A stretch of 64,000 nt of DNA from Raillietiella orientalis (taxonomy: Eukaryota): positions 2,294,001 to 2,358,000 of the forward strand of contig JAYWIR010000002.1 in NCBI GenBank assembly GCA_036172245.1, written 5' to 3'. The first letter of the stretch is position 1, and the number at the start of each line of letters is the position of its first letter. The position numbers and the translations under genes were made by a program. The notes beneath the pieces are model-generated. The model did not search any database. It saw only the letters and a list, made by a program, of their open reading frames with translations, and had not been told where the DNA came from. This document shows, one piece after another, positions 24,110-37,017 of this stretch.

Positions 24110-25640
24110 AGCCAGTTGACGCACATTCCAGCATCCCAGCTGCTTCTTTTTTCTCGCGATCTCGCAGGATACTTCCCATCTTACGGGAGCATCTCTATTT
24201 CCATCTTGTCGCATGGTGTCCAGCGTGGCTGCAAGTAGGGTGTTACGGAAGCACCCCACTTCCACGCCCTGGTTACGGAAGTCCTTGGCCGCATAGTCGA
24301 AGAGGAGACCACCAACTTTGCCAACTTTCTTCAGAGTCTTCTGTCTCTTGGATGGAAAACTGTGTTCTTGTATCATGAGAATCCAGTCAGGCTCGTTGAG
24401 ACTGAACACTGTTGTGCTTAGGATCCGAAGTGGCGCTCAAGTCAACCCCTTTACTGTCGCTAATTCCTTCCTGTGTATTTGGTGACTTGTTGAAGCTCTG
24501 TGCTTCAGCTACCATGTGTAATCAGTCGGGAACCACGTCTTGGATCAGGGAGGTTTCTCTTGCCAGAGTAGAATTTTTTCCAGGGAATTCAACGGAGGGA
24601 ACTGAATTGTATGCGCCTTTTGAGTAGCTCATAATGCCCCCTGGTCAAGGAAGGTTCCGCCTGCAAGGAGATGGACTTGTTAGACGAAAGTTCCTGGTTT
24701 CGAAAAGTGACAGGGAGTGGACAGTTCAGAAATTCTTGGACGATCCAGCCATTGCATCGATGGTATCGACCGGGAAGCGACGAGGAACGCAAGAAAGGGA
24801 GCATGCTGTGGTCGTACGCGCCTTGCCTGAATCGTGGTGCAAAACCAGAATGGAAAGCTTCTATGTGGATTTCTAGAAAAGGAATAGGTGTTCCTAGGTA
24901 AAGGGACCCTAGGCATGACACGCGTGATGCTCCTTTGGAACGATAAACGTGATCCACAACAAAACCTTCCTCCATCGCGTATCCCAAATCAGTGTTCAAG
25001 TGTGTGAATGAGAGAACTTGGAAATGAAAGTGAAGCTCGGACAGAGATTAAGAGCTGACAAATTGTCTTTATCACGGAATGTGCTTAGCATCACAGCGTT
25101 GCGAAAATGGTGGAGGTCCATATGCTGTTGAGATTGAAGCTGGCGAAAGAAAAGATGCTCGGGTAATTCCGAAAGAACTGGCATCAGACATATAATGGTA
25201 ACTTCCTGCCGTGCTACACTGTTCAAAGCAGACCTTAAGGATAAGCGATCAGTAGTCAGAGGTTCCACCATTGGAGAATTGTGCAGGGAATTTCGTCTTC
25301 TCAGGAAGAAAGCAAGTGAAGTTCGAAAAAGTTCATGTCTTTAGTTTTCTTCTTACGGATCCTAGAGATTTGTTTTTATAAATTTGGATGAATTTTTAGT
25401 TATTCTCATAGACAGAAATGGTGATTTGGAACACGGAACTGTCTTTGAGAACTGCATTTTGCAACTTGCCTAATCGAGTTTCCATTGAATTTCAGTTTGA
25501 ATTTGGAGGCGGAGAAGAACTTGGATTCAAAGCATAATCAAAGATACAAGGCGGCATCTCTATTGGCTTTCTAGTGGAGTTGCATCGTGATGGACTTGAT
25601 CCTGCGTCATTGCTTTCTTCCTGATGCCCGTTCATTGTAC
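24110..25640 (-). pseudogene. Possible decayed coding relic of unknown family
   Basis: Successive minus-strand protein-like frames broken by scattered stops (MNGHQEESNDAGSSPSRC..., MVEPLTTDRLSLRSALN..., MVAEAQSFNKSPNTQEG...). No recognisable domain. Confidence 0.25.
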
Positions 25641-27114
25641 GAGTCAGTATTTTGCTAGATCTTGCTACTTAAGTTCTCATTCTATAGAATTACCGTTAAT
25701 AAGGATCTTATTTCAAGAGATAGACGAATCTGTAATCCTCTTTTACAGATTTTGCGAAAAGATGGCTCGAATATATCTGAGCAAACTAAACAAAATATCT
25801 CTTAGTGTGCTGAATTGACACTGATTCCAAGTGAACAGCTTTGAAATGTTTGCAGATTCGAGATATGTTCTTCAGTTTCTTTAACGTAATGTGTGCAACT
25901 TTGTTGTATTCGAAATGAATGTTTAAAAGTTACTAGAAAAAAACTAAGTGAATTAAAAAAAATAAAAAATTCAATTTCCTTTCATGATTCGTTGTTTGCT
26001 TATTTTTGACACGCACACATACTTTAATTATCTGATAAACATTCAGGGAAGCTTGAGCACACAACACATTTTTTGTAGGAATCCCTGGAATGTTATATAT
26101 GTCAGAGCATGTTAATGGACATACACTCAATGTTAATGGGTGTGAAAGCATCATACATTAAACAGATCTTCCCAAATATGCAAGTCTTATCATTTTTAAT
26201 TTTGCTATTTGTCTGGATAAACGATTTTCACGATCTTAGCTTTTTAGAATCCAAATAAAAAATTCCATTAAAAAAAAAAAGCGTTTTGATACTGATGTCC
26301 TTCAAGAGATGAAGCATTCCACATGAGTTCATGCTATTGAGTTTACCTTTATTTTTTTTTTAGTGTGTATCAAGCAGATCTCCAATGATGCTAATATTTG
26401 AGTATTTGTATAAATGGTAACAAAACTGAAACTCCAAGTACGCACTTGTGAAAATCATCACTATCATCACTATCATACTCCATTTGTCTCATTAAGGGAA
26501 TTCATATTTCGAAATGGGAGTTCTTAAATCTTGTTCTCATATTATTATTATTATTATTTTGTGGGTAATATCATGAGTTAGTCCTTAAGAATTGTTCCAG
26601 CTTACAACTTTCCCTTTGTTTACTCATTAATTGATGAGACACTCGAAACAACATGACCTGTTTCTTTTTCTTTCACAGTGGCGATGACTTGTTGACGACC
26701 TTTACATAAATGGAAAATAAAAAAACTAAAACTAGTATGGTGAATTTTTCCCTAAAACTGAAACTTGTTTCGAAAAGTTTCGGGAAAAATTGAAAGGGAT
26801 TCTTCCTTTTGAATTGTCTATAAATTTTCAATTCAAAAACGAGTACTAATAACCATAATAAAATTGAAGACGCATATAATTCTGTGCACTTCATTGAATT
26901 CCATAAAAAAAAAAATCTGCACTGGCAGTGATTTTTCTAGCCGTGATTATTTTTTGAATTTGACCCTGTCATTGTGGTAAGCACTTCGGCAATATCGAGG
27001 ATGTGATTCTCATGGCTGAAAGTCAGCGAGGTAAATTCGAACTGTTTGTGAAATTGTAAAGTATACATTTCTTTGAGAACGATGCTATTGAGGAGTTAAA
27101 AAAAAATTGTGACC

Positions 27115-28671
27115 ATGGTTATCAGGGAATTTTCCCATCCATATTACATTACCAATTTACTCTTATGTTCAACGTATCCCCTTTTCAAGTTATTAACACC
27201 ATTTTGTGAATGCATTCTGCATTCCTCAAAATGCAAATTGGATTGGGTAAGTACTAGTCTATCATAAGACTTTATTAATTGGCAGCCTGTTAAATTATCG
27301 AGTGATATATGGCAGTGCACAACTTTTGTATTTTTAGCAAGATGGTGAAATATTCATATTCGTTATGATCATTGTGATGTTTAGAAACAGAAAGACAGGC
27401 AATACCACCTTTACAGCATATCTAAAAGCTAGCTTTATATATATCAAAGCTGCAAACCTGTTTCTATTCATTTGTACGGATTGTAGATTAGGAATTATCT
27501 TCAGCGTTATGTGCATAGGTAAATAAATTCTCCAAAATTCTGTGGTACGTTGTTTTGTGTAGCACAGTTTGTAACAATCATGGAACCATCAAGGAGAAGC
27601 ACAGAAAAAGTTGTGTATTTCAGCTGTGCATCACTAGAAGAAGAATTAAAAGAAAAGTCTAGGTCGAAGTGGGTTATCGAATTTTTTGCTCCTTGGAACC
27701 CAGAATGTAACAAAGTTTCTACATATATCAATTGTCTTGCTGAAAAGTGTGTACTCTATTTTCTAATTTGTCACCCATCATTTGTGTTATTGAGACGAGT
27801 TTATATTGCATTAGATGCCTTAGATAAGTGCTTGATAAGTGCAGCATATCTGATTTTATTAATTAACATAATGGTAGATTTCAAAATAATATTTAAAGTT
27901 ATGTAATGAAATTATGTAAAAATGGCAGGATAAGTCCACATAATTAAGTAATGAGAATTTGAATTATTCAGTAGTTAGATTTCAGTATCTTGAAAAGATG
28001 CAGCAAAGTAACATAATATATTCATATTTTTGAATATGTTGGCATTGAATTTCACCAACCATGTTTTGAGCTTGAGAAATATGTTGGTGATATATCTTGC
28101 CTTATAACTTAAATATCAGAACTCGTATGCACACTTGTTCTGCAAATTAAGCAAGAATATCTTGCCAGAATATTGGAGTGAAAACAAAAAAGGTGTAGGT
28201 TTTAAATCCTTAATGCAAAATGAAAGCTGTTTATGTATTTGGTGAGGTTGGATATGTTTTTAGAGCTGTGTATTCAGCATTTAATATCAGGGTATGTTTT
28301 CATATAGAAAACATACCCTGAAACAAACATACTTACTAATATTGTTATTTGACTAACATATGTTTTGAAAATATTTCAGGTTTTCCAATACCAAACTAAA
28401 GTTTGGTAAAGTAAATGTTACAAGGTACCCTGATGCACTTGAAAGATATAATATTAAAGATTCAACCTTTGAATGTAGTTTGCCTACATTGATTGTGTTC
28501 AGCAATGGTGTTGAAGTTAACAGAATGTCAAATATGAACAAAAAGAAGGCATTAAAAACTCTGTGGAATGAGGTAACTATTTGCCATAATCACTGTGTTA
28601 TGCTACCATTCTTTTGCATTTTCAAGGAAAGCATTATTCAGCACCTTCAGCTAGGTAAACATGTTGAATAA
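27115..28671 (+). CDS. TMX2: Thioredoxin-related transmembrane protein 2; exons 27115-27246, 27338-27518, 27563-27746, 28380-28572, 28627-28671
   Basis: Spliced protein MVIREFSHPYYITNLLL...CKLDW|QDGEIFIFVMIIVMFRNRK...KAANLFLF...|WVIEFFAPWNPECNKV...|KFGKVNVTRYP...LPTLIVFSNGVEVNR matches TMX2 family hallmarks (PYY..N, C.LDW..EI, VM.RNR, single-Cys W..xC site). All introns are GT-AG with consistent phases. Branch point gactaac at ~28351. Confidence 0.93.
28287..28321. repeat. Perfect 15-bp hairpin in TMX2 intron 3
   Basis: tcagggtatgttttc-atata-gaaaacataccctga. Confidence 0.9.
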
Positions 28672-29033
28672 ATAACTTATTGAATATTAGTAATTCATTG
28701 AAGTTTAAAATTCATTGAGTTTTTAAATTATTACCATGGGAATTCTGAATTGAATTTCTACTAGTAGTTCTGATCATTCATTTAAGGATTAATTATCACA
28801 TGTGAAAGGAAGCACTTTGGTTAATAAAACATTGGTAAACAACATTTATAGGGAATCAAGACAAATTTTTCAACAATACAAGTGTTGGGTGCATTGGGTT
28901 TATGGTTCCTTGTGTACTTTTACAATCAATGATAACAGCAATACTTACTAGAATTTTTTGATAGATTATCTGAAGCATCTGAAATTGCAAAACATGGAAA
29001 TGTAAAGAGGTAAGAACATTAGCGTGATGTTCA

Positions 29034-29126
29034 TATGAACCTGCTTATAGGTAAGTGTATTAAAGGAGCAATGCATTTCAAGGAAATTATTTGAAATGAT
29101 TAATTTCATTTTTGGTAGCCAAATTG
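29034..29126 (+). repeat. 93-bp direct repeat, copy 1 (copy 2 at 32093-32185)
   Basis: Ungapped alignment with about 9 mismatches counted by eye. Confidence 0.9.
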
Positions 29127-29306
29127 TCAAAGTGAGTTTAGATTGTCAGTTCCTATTCATTTCTTGAAGTCACTTCCTTGCTTAACAAGATATTCTTTTT
29201 GCTTAATTAGATTGATCACATTTGTGAGGGTTGCTCAATATTACTTTCATGCTTATGTTATATATACCTCCATTATTGATGACCTGTAAAAAGGTTCTTT
29301 GTGGTT

Positions 29307-29618
29307 TTACAAAGGACTTGATGAGACTGAAAAAACTGGACAAAAAGTACAGGCTGTGTACATCCCTCTGATTTTACCATTTTGAGTGAAACTTTCCAGA
29401 AAGTATTTCCACATTGTCTTTTTGCCATCTTTCCTGTTAATTTGATATCCAAGGGGACTTATAATGCACACATTTCCATCATTTTTGCTAACACCTTATG
29501 AAATTTTCGTCTTTGATTTCAAAAAATTGGTCATGTTAGGTAACTTATTCACTGGAGCATCCTTTGGCTTGATTGATTGGAGCAGCACACTGAAGTCATC
29601 CACTTCAGTATTTGCCAT
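29307..29618 (-). mobile_element. BED zinc-finger relic, probably the N-terminus of a hAT-type transposase
   Basis: Frame with one internal stop: ...RKDGKKTMWKYFLESFTQNGKIRGMYTACTFCPVFSVSSSPL*NH, which fits the BED pattern W-x-Y-F...A-C-x2-C...L-x2-H. Confidence 0.5.
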
Positions 29619-32092
29619 GTTTCTAACTCCAATTTTGAATTTTTTTTGATCGAAACTGCAACCTCCTATCATGTATTGGTTAAAACTCGGTCAGAACAAG
29701 CCGATGAAAAACTATTGTAACTATGACGTCGAGATTCATCTTGTGCAATGAACTGAACTCCACTCTTCTAAGTTATGGCATTGTAATATGTCACATTACA
29801 ATGGGCATCTTATTGGTGCCGGGAGTGGGCAGCGTCAGAAGCAGAACCTCAGTACGGCTCACGTTTTTTTCATTAAGTTTGACGCGTGTTTGCCGAAGCC
29901 GGTGAAAAACAAGAAAACAAGAACAAGGAGGGAAAAAGCCCTGGGCAAGACAAGCCGTAAACAAGGAGTGCAAAAGTTGACATTGAGATTCTTCATTCCC
30001 AGCAGCCATTGCGTCCGCTTTGTGATGCATTGCAAAGTGTTTTTGTTGTTTTTTCCGATGTTTTTCCCCCATCTCGCTTTGCCAGGTAAATAATCTTGAG
30101 GTGTTATTGACAAAAGCGCGCCAGATCAAATGTCTTGGCCGAGATTCGTTCCAAAGCAGAGGCATGACTTCAGTACGTTAGGCGTTCAGGTGTGGTTTCA
30201 TATATGCAGGAATCTTCCTCCACCTTGAAGACACTGTGCAGGGCAACGGTGGAATTTCGTTGGCTTGTCTTCTGGAATACAGAAACAAAATTAATGCTTC
30301 CAATTTTTTTCTATTGGCAAAAGTGGAAAAAAAAAATCAAAAAAAGAAAAACACCTTTTCCGAATAAGCACAAAATATGCTGGAGACGGGGATCGATAAG
30401 GGTCCGGGTTGATCGAATGAAAGCAGTCAAAATAGATGGAGAAGTTTGGAAAACCGACCGTCATTACATTGGCCCTTCGAGTAGTCGTTAACACCTCATT
30501 AACCTGGAATTAGATTTTCAACCATGAGAGCGCCGCCCACGTTTATGACTGATGGGATATTAAGGAGGGAACTAATCTCAGCGGTCCTTTGTGATGTGCA
30601 CAAAGAGTCGAAGCGAAAGTTCAGCCCGTAAGTACTCAAAAATCCAATCCTACAACTTGGACTCCATAAATCACTTTAAGCAACTTAATTGGCGTGAGTC
30701 GGAATTCTCTACGGATCATCGGTCTAAAACCGACTTCCAGGGTATGACACTTAGGTGACTAATCAGAATAGCCTAATCCACATAGTATTTTAATAGAGAA
30801 TCTATGGTTTAAAGGATAATGTAAGATTTGCTAATTCCCTTTGAAGCTGCGGAACTGTTACTATGAACGTTATCGACTACAGGGGCTGCTGAAACAATTT
30901 ATTCTCCATGTAACAGCGATGTTTTGAAGTAGCAATTTCACTTCAAAATAGAAGATGTACTGTGGATGTAGGTACCGTCTCAGACTTCCATGGGATAGGG
31001 AGGGGAATTGCTGCACAGTTGGGGACTTTGGTTGAGTACGGAACTTCACACGCCAGCAAAAACCATTAGCTAGTCAGGTGAGGTATTCTTCCCCGAGTAA
31101 CTCGGGCGACTGCAGAGGTAGAACGAACTCTCACATGAATTGATTTTTTCCTATACTCGAAAGAGAAGAGTTGTACACGTACAATGGACACAACACAAAA
31201 GGGAACTCTGGACTGAAAAGCACTGTTTGAAGAGAACGGTTTCATTATTCAATAAAGTGTATGAAGATATTTAATGTATGTTCTTTGGGAAAGAAATTAT
31301 TTCTTGGGCAGATTCTTTTTATACACAGTTGGAAGACGTACATCTACATGAGGTCAGCGAAAAGTCCAAACTATAAGACTTGAGTTTGTTATTTCGGTTT
31401 CGTCCATCATTGTAAAATAGAGTTTGAAATGCAGATGCTGTATCCCAGAAACGAGCATTCTTGATGAGCATCTTTGATTTTGATGAATATCTTACAGTGG
31501 ACCTTTGTTTCAAAGGTATTGCTGTTATCTACCACTAGCAGCAAGTGGAAAGGAAACTTATACGGATTCTTAAATTTGACAGATTATGTCTTCCAGTTCG
31601 GTAGTTCACAAGAGAAGATGTTTGCTCAAAATCTCCTATCCGGTAGCACCATCCTTGTAGCCGAACGTAACCTTTTACGCACACACCTCCGAGAGAATAA
31701 GATGATGAGATTGTAAAGAGATGAGATAATGATGAGAGAGATGAAAAAGAGATGTCACATATTAGACGGTGAAGAGTCTGTATGGTTCCAGCGGAAATCT
31801 CGAGCTTCCTGCTTTTTATCTGCTTCAATCGCGTCACACATGGACGTTCACGAGCTGTTTATGGACTGAAATCTCGTGTGGACATCGGCTGCAAAATTAA
31901 AGACTTACGTACTCATTTCGTGGCAAACTTCAGGTTACTCTGAATAATTCACAGGAACGAACTAGGCACGTCCATTAGTTCATGAGTTATTGTTCTGCGA
32001 CGTTTTTTTGTACATGCCAATGTCATAGTAGACGGAAAACAACCTAAAATTAGCATAATCAATGCGGTGCACTGGTAAACCTTAGGGGTAAG

Positions 32093-32185
32093 TATGAATC
32101 TGCTTAAAGGTAGGTGTATTCAAGGAGCAATGCATTCCAAGGAAATTATTTCAAATGACTAATTTCATTCTTGATAGCCAAATTG
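32093..32185 (+). repeat. 93-bp direct repeat, copy 2
   Basis: Matches 29034-29126. Confidence 0.9.
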
Positions 32186-32933
32186 GGTCTGTCCATTCTG
32201 AATAAACATGCTTCGTTATGAGCCCGGCTACTTATATAATCCTTCATATGCCTTCCAGAAACTTACATTTCTCTCTTTTTTTGCTTTTTCTTCTCTCTGC
32301 CTCTCTCTCTCTCTCTTTCTTATTTTTTCTATCCTCCGTTTCTCCAACACTTAGAGGTCAAAAAGTTCACAGATGAGTATCGATTCCACTAAGAACCATC
32401 GACTTTATTTCCAGAGACATCAGAACGATTTCTTTAGATACCTCGGTAGCTGCAGTCGAGTGCGTGTAAAATATTCGTAAACCAAATAGGCGAGATCCGT
32501 CCCTCAAAACACGGACAGACTAAATGTCAGGTGCCTAATGGAATCTCTCCCCTTCAAACAAGCACACTTTCCAAAACAACCTTCACTTAAAACAGGACAA
32601 AAGGTCTAATTAGAAAAGCTACTTCCATTGTACGTTTCTCCCAGCTCGATCATATCCCTTACAGCTTCTAATTCTCTCATAAACTTTTTCACAATGATGC
32701 TTCAGATTTATTCGAACGTCTGCGATGTTTACAAGCAGAATGAAAGTCACTTCGGATGCGAATCTGTGATCTTTAAGGAACCCAAGCAAAAAAATTACAT
32801 TTCATGAACACAATTTCTCACATTCAGAGGCGACTATGCTAGTAGATTTTCAACAAATCAAAGAGAGATCCGATTTGCATCCCAAGCTTACCGCTATCAT
32901 GACTTAGTTTCATAAAAGAAACTCTAGGGCGCG

Positions 32934-33737
32934 CCACTCCAGCGGCAACCGTTGGAAAAGCCACCCCCAAGTGATCCATGACTCCCCACGTACCCCATCC
33001 ACTGGTGGAGCTCGGAGGCGTAGCAAGGAGCCCTCCCGTCGCGAAACGCGCGTCGCCGGTCTGCGAACCGGTGGCCCGGCAGGTCTCCATTACATTCCTC
33101 GTGGTCGGACCACTGGTCCAACCACAGTTCCTGCAGTGCGTTTGCTTTCGGCATAAAACGCCATGGCGCACCCGGGTGCAAATCGTGAAACGCTCGTCGA
33201 GCGTTGCTGGAAGAGAGGCCTAGCAATGGAGTCGCGCCAGCCTTCGAAGCGAAGGGAAGCCCTCGACTTCCCTTCGCTTGGAAGACGGCGCCTGGAAGAC
33301 GGGCGGATGCCTTCGAAAGGCGAGCTGCGGTGTCGCGCTCGTAGCAGTTGGACGGGGGGCCTGGGGCACGCAACCAGCCGGCCACTGCAGAAGCGCACGG
33401 CTCGTCTGGGAAGGGTGCCGGAAGGCGCGGTTCGTGCGCGTGCCAGGCTCGCGGGGTCGAAAGTATGAGGACGAGGTCGCAGCCGAGCGCTGCCCGGGTG
33501 CTGGGAACTCACCACGCGCGGCTCCCGGAGGAACGGGCACGGGAGTGCCACGCTGGATCGCAGCGGTCGCTCTTTGCCCGCGCCCCTTCCCACCTGGGGG
33601 TTCGAGGCTGCCGCTCCACAGCCTCCTGCTGCCTGCGCTCATCTCATCAGAAGGAAGTTCTCCTAATGGCCAGCTCGCTCATCCAGGTAACGGGAGCGCG
33701 GACTCCATTGCTGCATGTGGAAGCCGGAGAGGAAGTT
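32934..33737 (+). repeat. 804-bp near-identical segmental duplication, copy 1 (copy 2 at 41330-42133)
   Basis: Constant offset of 8396. ORF translations are essentially identical in both copies. One internal difference seen (33715 A vs 42111 G). Confidence 0.97.
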
Positions 33738-33791
33738 CGGGTCCCCTAGGCCGTAATTGTGTTGCATTCTAATGATGCTTGCAATTATAGC

Positions 33792-34578
33792 ATGTCTGGA
33801 GAGAGCGTCATAGAGCCTATAAGTAGAAAAGAAGCATCTTCGGTGAGGTAAAGTGGCACCTTTCGTTGTGTTATCCTCCTACCTGGCAGACGCGTGCGGG
33901 TTGCAGCGCCATCCGGGTGGACTCCCCCAAGGAAACAGTTGGAGGTTGCAGTACTTCGCGAGATGATCCCGATGAAGTGAGTGATGACAGGTCTGTTTCT
34001 GTATTTTTGATACGAGAGATGCTTTCAGTTCGTTGACGCTGATGCAGCTACTCGTCATCCTGTCAACGACTGCGGCTGCTCCTCAGTCACTGCTTGCACC
34101 TAAGCAATCAGTTTCGAGAGCTAGGAATGCCGCCTTCCTGGTTTCTTCGGCGGCAGGACGATTGCCATTGGTTGCTGTAGTGGAACCTGATGACCCACAT
34201 GAATATAAGATGGGACTCCTTAGAGTACTCCGTTATCCTAATATACGGTGGATACTTATATCCCAGCCATCACAACCACTTAAGTCTCGCCCGAAATCCA
34301 CGACTCCTTCCCCTGCAAAAACCTTGCTTCTCGAATATGTATCACAGAATCGCGAGTCCATTACTACATACGCGACCCCCACAAGATTACCAGAAGCACA
34401 AGACATTTCAAGAGACCGCAATAATACTGAGGATTCGCGAGGTCCTGAACGTGCAGATATGGACTCTGGAACGCACAAGGCCGTGCCCGCCACCGAGGTG
34501 ACTCGGGAAGTGTCTTCGGACGTATTCAATGTGGTCAACGTGGAGGAGCCACCAGGAATTCCAACCAACATCGAGTGA
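33792..34578 (+). CDS. Candidate orphan gene; exons 33792-33847, 33907-33990, 34029-34578
   Basis: An ATG exon and two GT-AG introns (59 and 38 nt, both phase 2) join in frame to the 181-codon ORF, giving MSGESVIEPISRKEASSVSAIRVDSPKE...SLTLMQLLVILSTT...EPPGIPTNIE. No recognisable domain. Confidence 0.45.
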
Positions 34579-35354
34579 ATCTCCGTGTACTGCTTGGAAG
34601 GTGCAGTTGTTGTCACTTTCAATGCAAAAGCCGTTGAATACGTAAAACAGTCGAATACTGGATTTCGTACACAACCGCCTTGATGATGCATTTTTGAGTC
34701 GATGTAAAAAATACATTCCTGTTGTGCTGCGTGCTTTTTGTTTTCGTGGGAAGCGTAAGTGTTGCTCCTGACGAGGGAGGCATCTTGGTTGCATGGAGAT
34801 GCCGATGCCTGGGGGTCTCCTGTGTGGAAGCGAAGGCGACCACGCGATGTCACGCCGAACCGTTCAGGTCTCGGGAGCAGTTTTGCAGCTGGCGCTTGCT
34901 TTCCAGCGTCTCCGGGAAGCGTTCTTACAGGAAGGCAGGCATGCCAGTGCGGGCTGCTGGGAATGGTTGCGAAATCGTATTTCCTGGAGCATCGGGAGAG
35001 GCATTTCGAAAATGAACCGTCGAAAATGCAGGTGGAGAAAAGGTGGTTCGTGCGGTGGCAAGCAGGGGCCGCGAAAACAGCTCCGCTGATTTCAACGCGA
35101 CGCGCGAATGCCAGGCAACGCGCTGAGCACGAAAAGATGCATCTTGGAACGGAAATTCGAAATCTGCTGATCTAAGTGCAAACTGCACGGACGGCGCAGC
35201 GTGAATGTTGGCGCGGCGGCATGATCGAGGGCATGGAGCAAGTTGTTCCCTCAAGGAGCGCGATAATCTGGTGGCCGAGGAGGTCGGAGCGGGACGTCGC
35301 ACGCAAAGGCGTCCTCAGTTGGAGCGGGAGTCCGATATCGGGAGAGCCTTCGTT

Positions 35355-35455
35355 TTGAGATTTTGATGGAGCATTACAGTTTTCTAGTAGCTGTGAAGCA
35401 AGCAGAGTGCTCGGAAATTCAACTGGTTGCGCCATTCAGAATGCTGAATGACGGA
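35355..35455 (+). repeat. 101-bp second part of the duplication (copy 2 at 42132-42232)
   Basis: Two mismatches. In copy 2 this block directly abuts the 804-bp block. Confidence 0.95.
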
Positions 35456-35459
35456 ACCG

Positions 35460-35884
35460 AAGATGCAAGGGACCTTTGGTTCCTTCAGCTGGAACTTTTA
35501 TTAGGTATTCATGCAGCTTCACGGAGTAGTTCTAAGCACAGGAGTCGGTGGATGGCGGATTCTTGTAGAATGACAGCTGCTAGATAGAACTGTGTTTGCT
35601 TTCATGAGTGTTTTTGGGAAGCAAAATTTTTCCTGTGAGCAGCTTTTTGTTTGCTTTCGTAAATTCTTTGCGAGTTTCATTTGTGATTTGATTGATTCTG
35701 CAGGTCTAAGTAAGCAATCTTTGATTGTTTACTTTGTACTTTTGGACTTTTTTCTAGTACACTGCTCTATGATCAGTTCATCGACTGATCATAGTTCCTT
35801 TTCTTCAGGCTTTGAGTCTGTTCGTTCTTCGTAGGGATTGCAGCCTTTTCTTTCCTGGTTTCTCTGATCCAATGCTTCGTTATC
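35460..35884 (-). pseudogene. Stop-interrupted Lys/Glu/Ser-rich coding exon relic
   Basis: Polypyrimidine/AG acceptor near 35885, then one frame DNEALDQRNQERKGCNPYEERTDSKPEEKEL*SVDELIIEQC...K*TIKDCLLRP...RTTP* with sparse in-frame stops. Confidence 0.35.
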
Positions 35885-37017
35885 TAAATTGCAAAAAAAG
35901 CAGGAACTATAGATTTGTGTAAATAAAATGAACACGGCTTTCAATAAAGTTTTCCACGTATGATCCAAAGGGTAAATATGTTATCTCAGTATTCCTCTCG
36001 AAAGTGTTTTCAGGAATGACCTCAGTAAGGAATTTTGCTGAGGGCCTAAATATTCCAAAATGGGTTGTGTAAGTGTTGTGGACATTTTCGATTTAGATGA
36101 TCTCTGCAAAAAAGTGTTCAGAGAAGATTTATCAGTAAGAAGAAAGTGTGCCGAGTAGTTGCCACATATGGTTTGGGGAAGGAACTAGAAACTGTTTCGG
36201 ATACTTAAATAGCTTAGCTTGCAAAATGCAACTGTGAACCCATTCTTGGCTTTACGAACCACACGAATATGATTGGAGATTTTATTTGTGATTTGCATAT
36301 TTCCGTATTGTAAATTTAATAATAATATTTCGAGGCATGTGTAAGCGTGCCTGCATAATTTGTGGACTACGCTAGTGAATCTATGTAACCTGTTTCTTCA
36401 GGAATTATGGGCATTATCTTGATGCTTGAGCACTTCATATTGCAGGCCAATGTAAATTTGATCGATGCAAGCATGCAGTAGGCTTATAAGTGAGATCGAA
36501 AGTGAGTGGTGACACCGTGTTGAAGTTATCAAGGCAGTCTAACGAAGTTAAAGATCAGAGGACTGCATGTTGTGCTCGTAATTAGCAAGTTATGCAGTGT
36601 TGAACTTCATCCATTTCCGCGAGGGCTTGTGAAGTGACGTACATGGATAAATAAGACCATCTACAAGTAATAAAGTGTTCCCTTCTTGCAGCCACACTGC
36701 TGTTTTCTGTATGGCATACCAGCACTGCTAAGCAAAAATATGAAAGAAAATCGTGGTTACCTCCTTGCATTTAGCTAGTGTTTGCGTTTATGTGAAACTG
36801 CAAGCCATTAAGCAATATTTGATGTCAGTTATGAGATGGGAACTAAAATGTTGATAAAAATATACATCACTTTATATTAATTGATAATTTCCCTATGTAA
36901 ATCTACCTCCAGGAACCTAAGAGTGGATTGGTTCCATAAACATATGAATCGATATCTGGTTCATTAACGGAGGCCATACCTAGTCTTGGTTCTGCCATAG
37001 TTTTGTTATTTCTGTTT

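Noticed and set aside
36945..36956. DRE-like ATCGATA upstream of the UHMK1 ATG (another at ~46303)
   Set aside because: Imperfect short motif, transcription start unknown, and expected by chance in AT-rich DNA.
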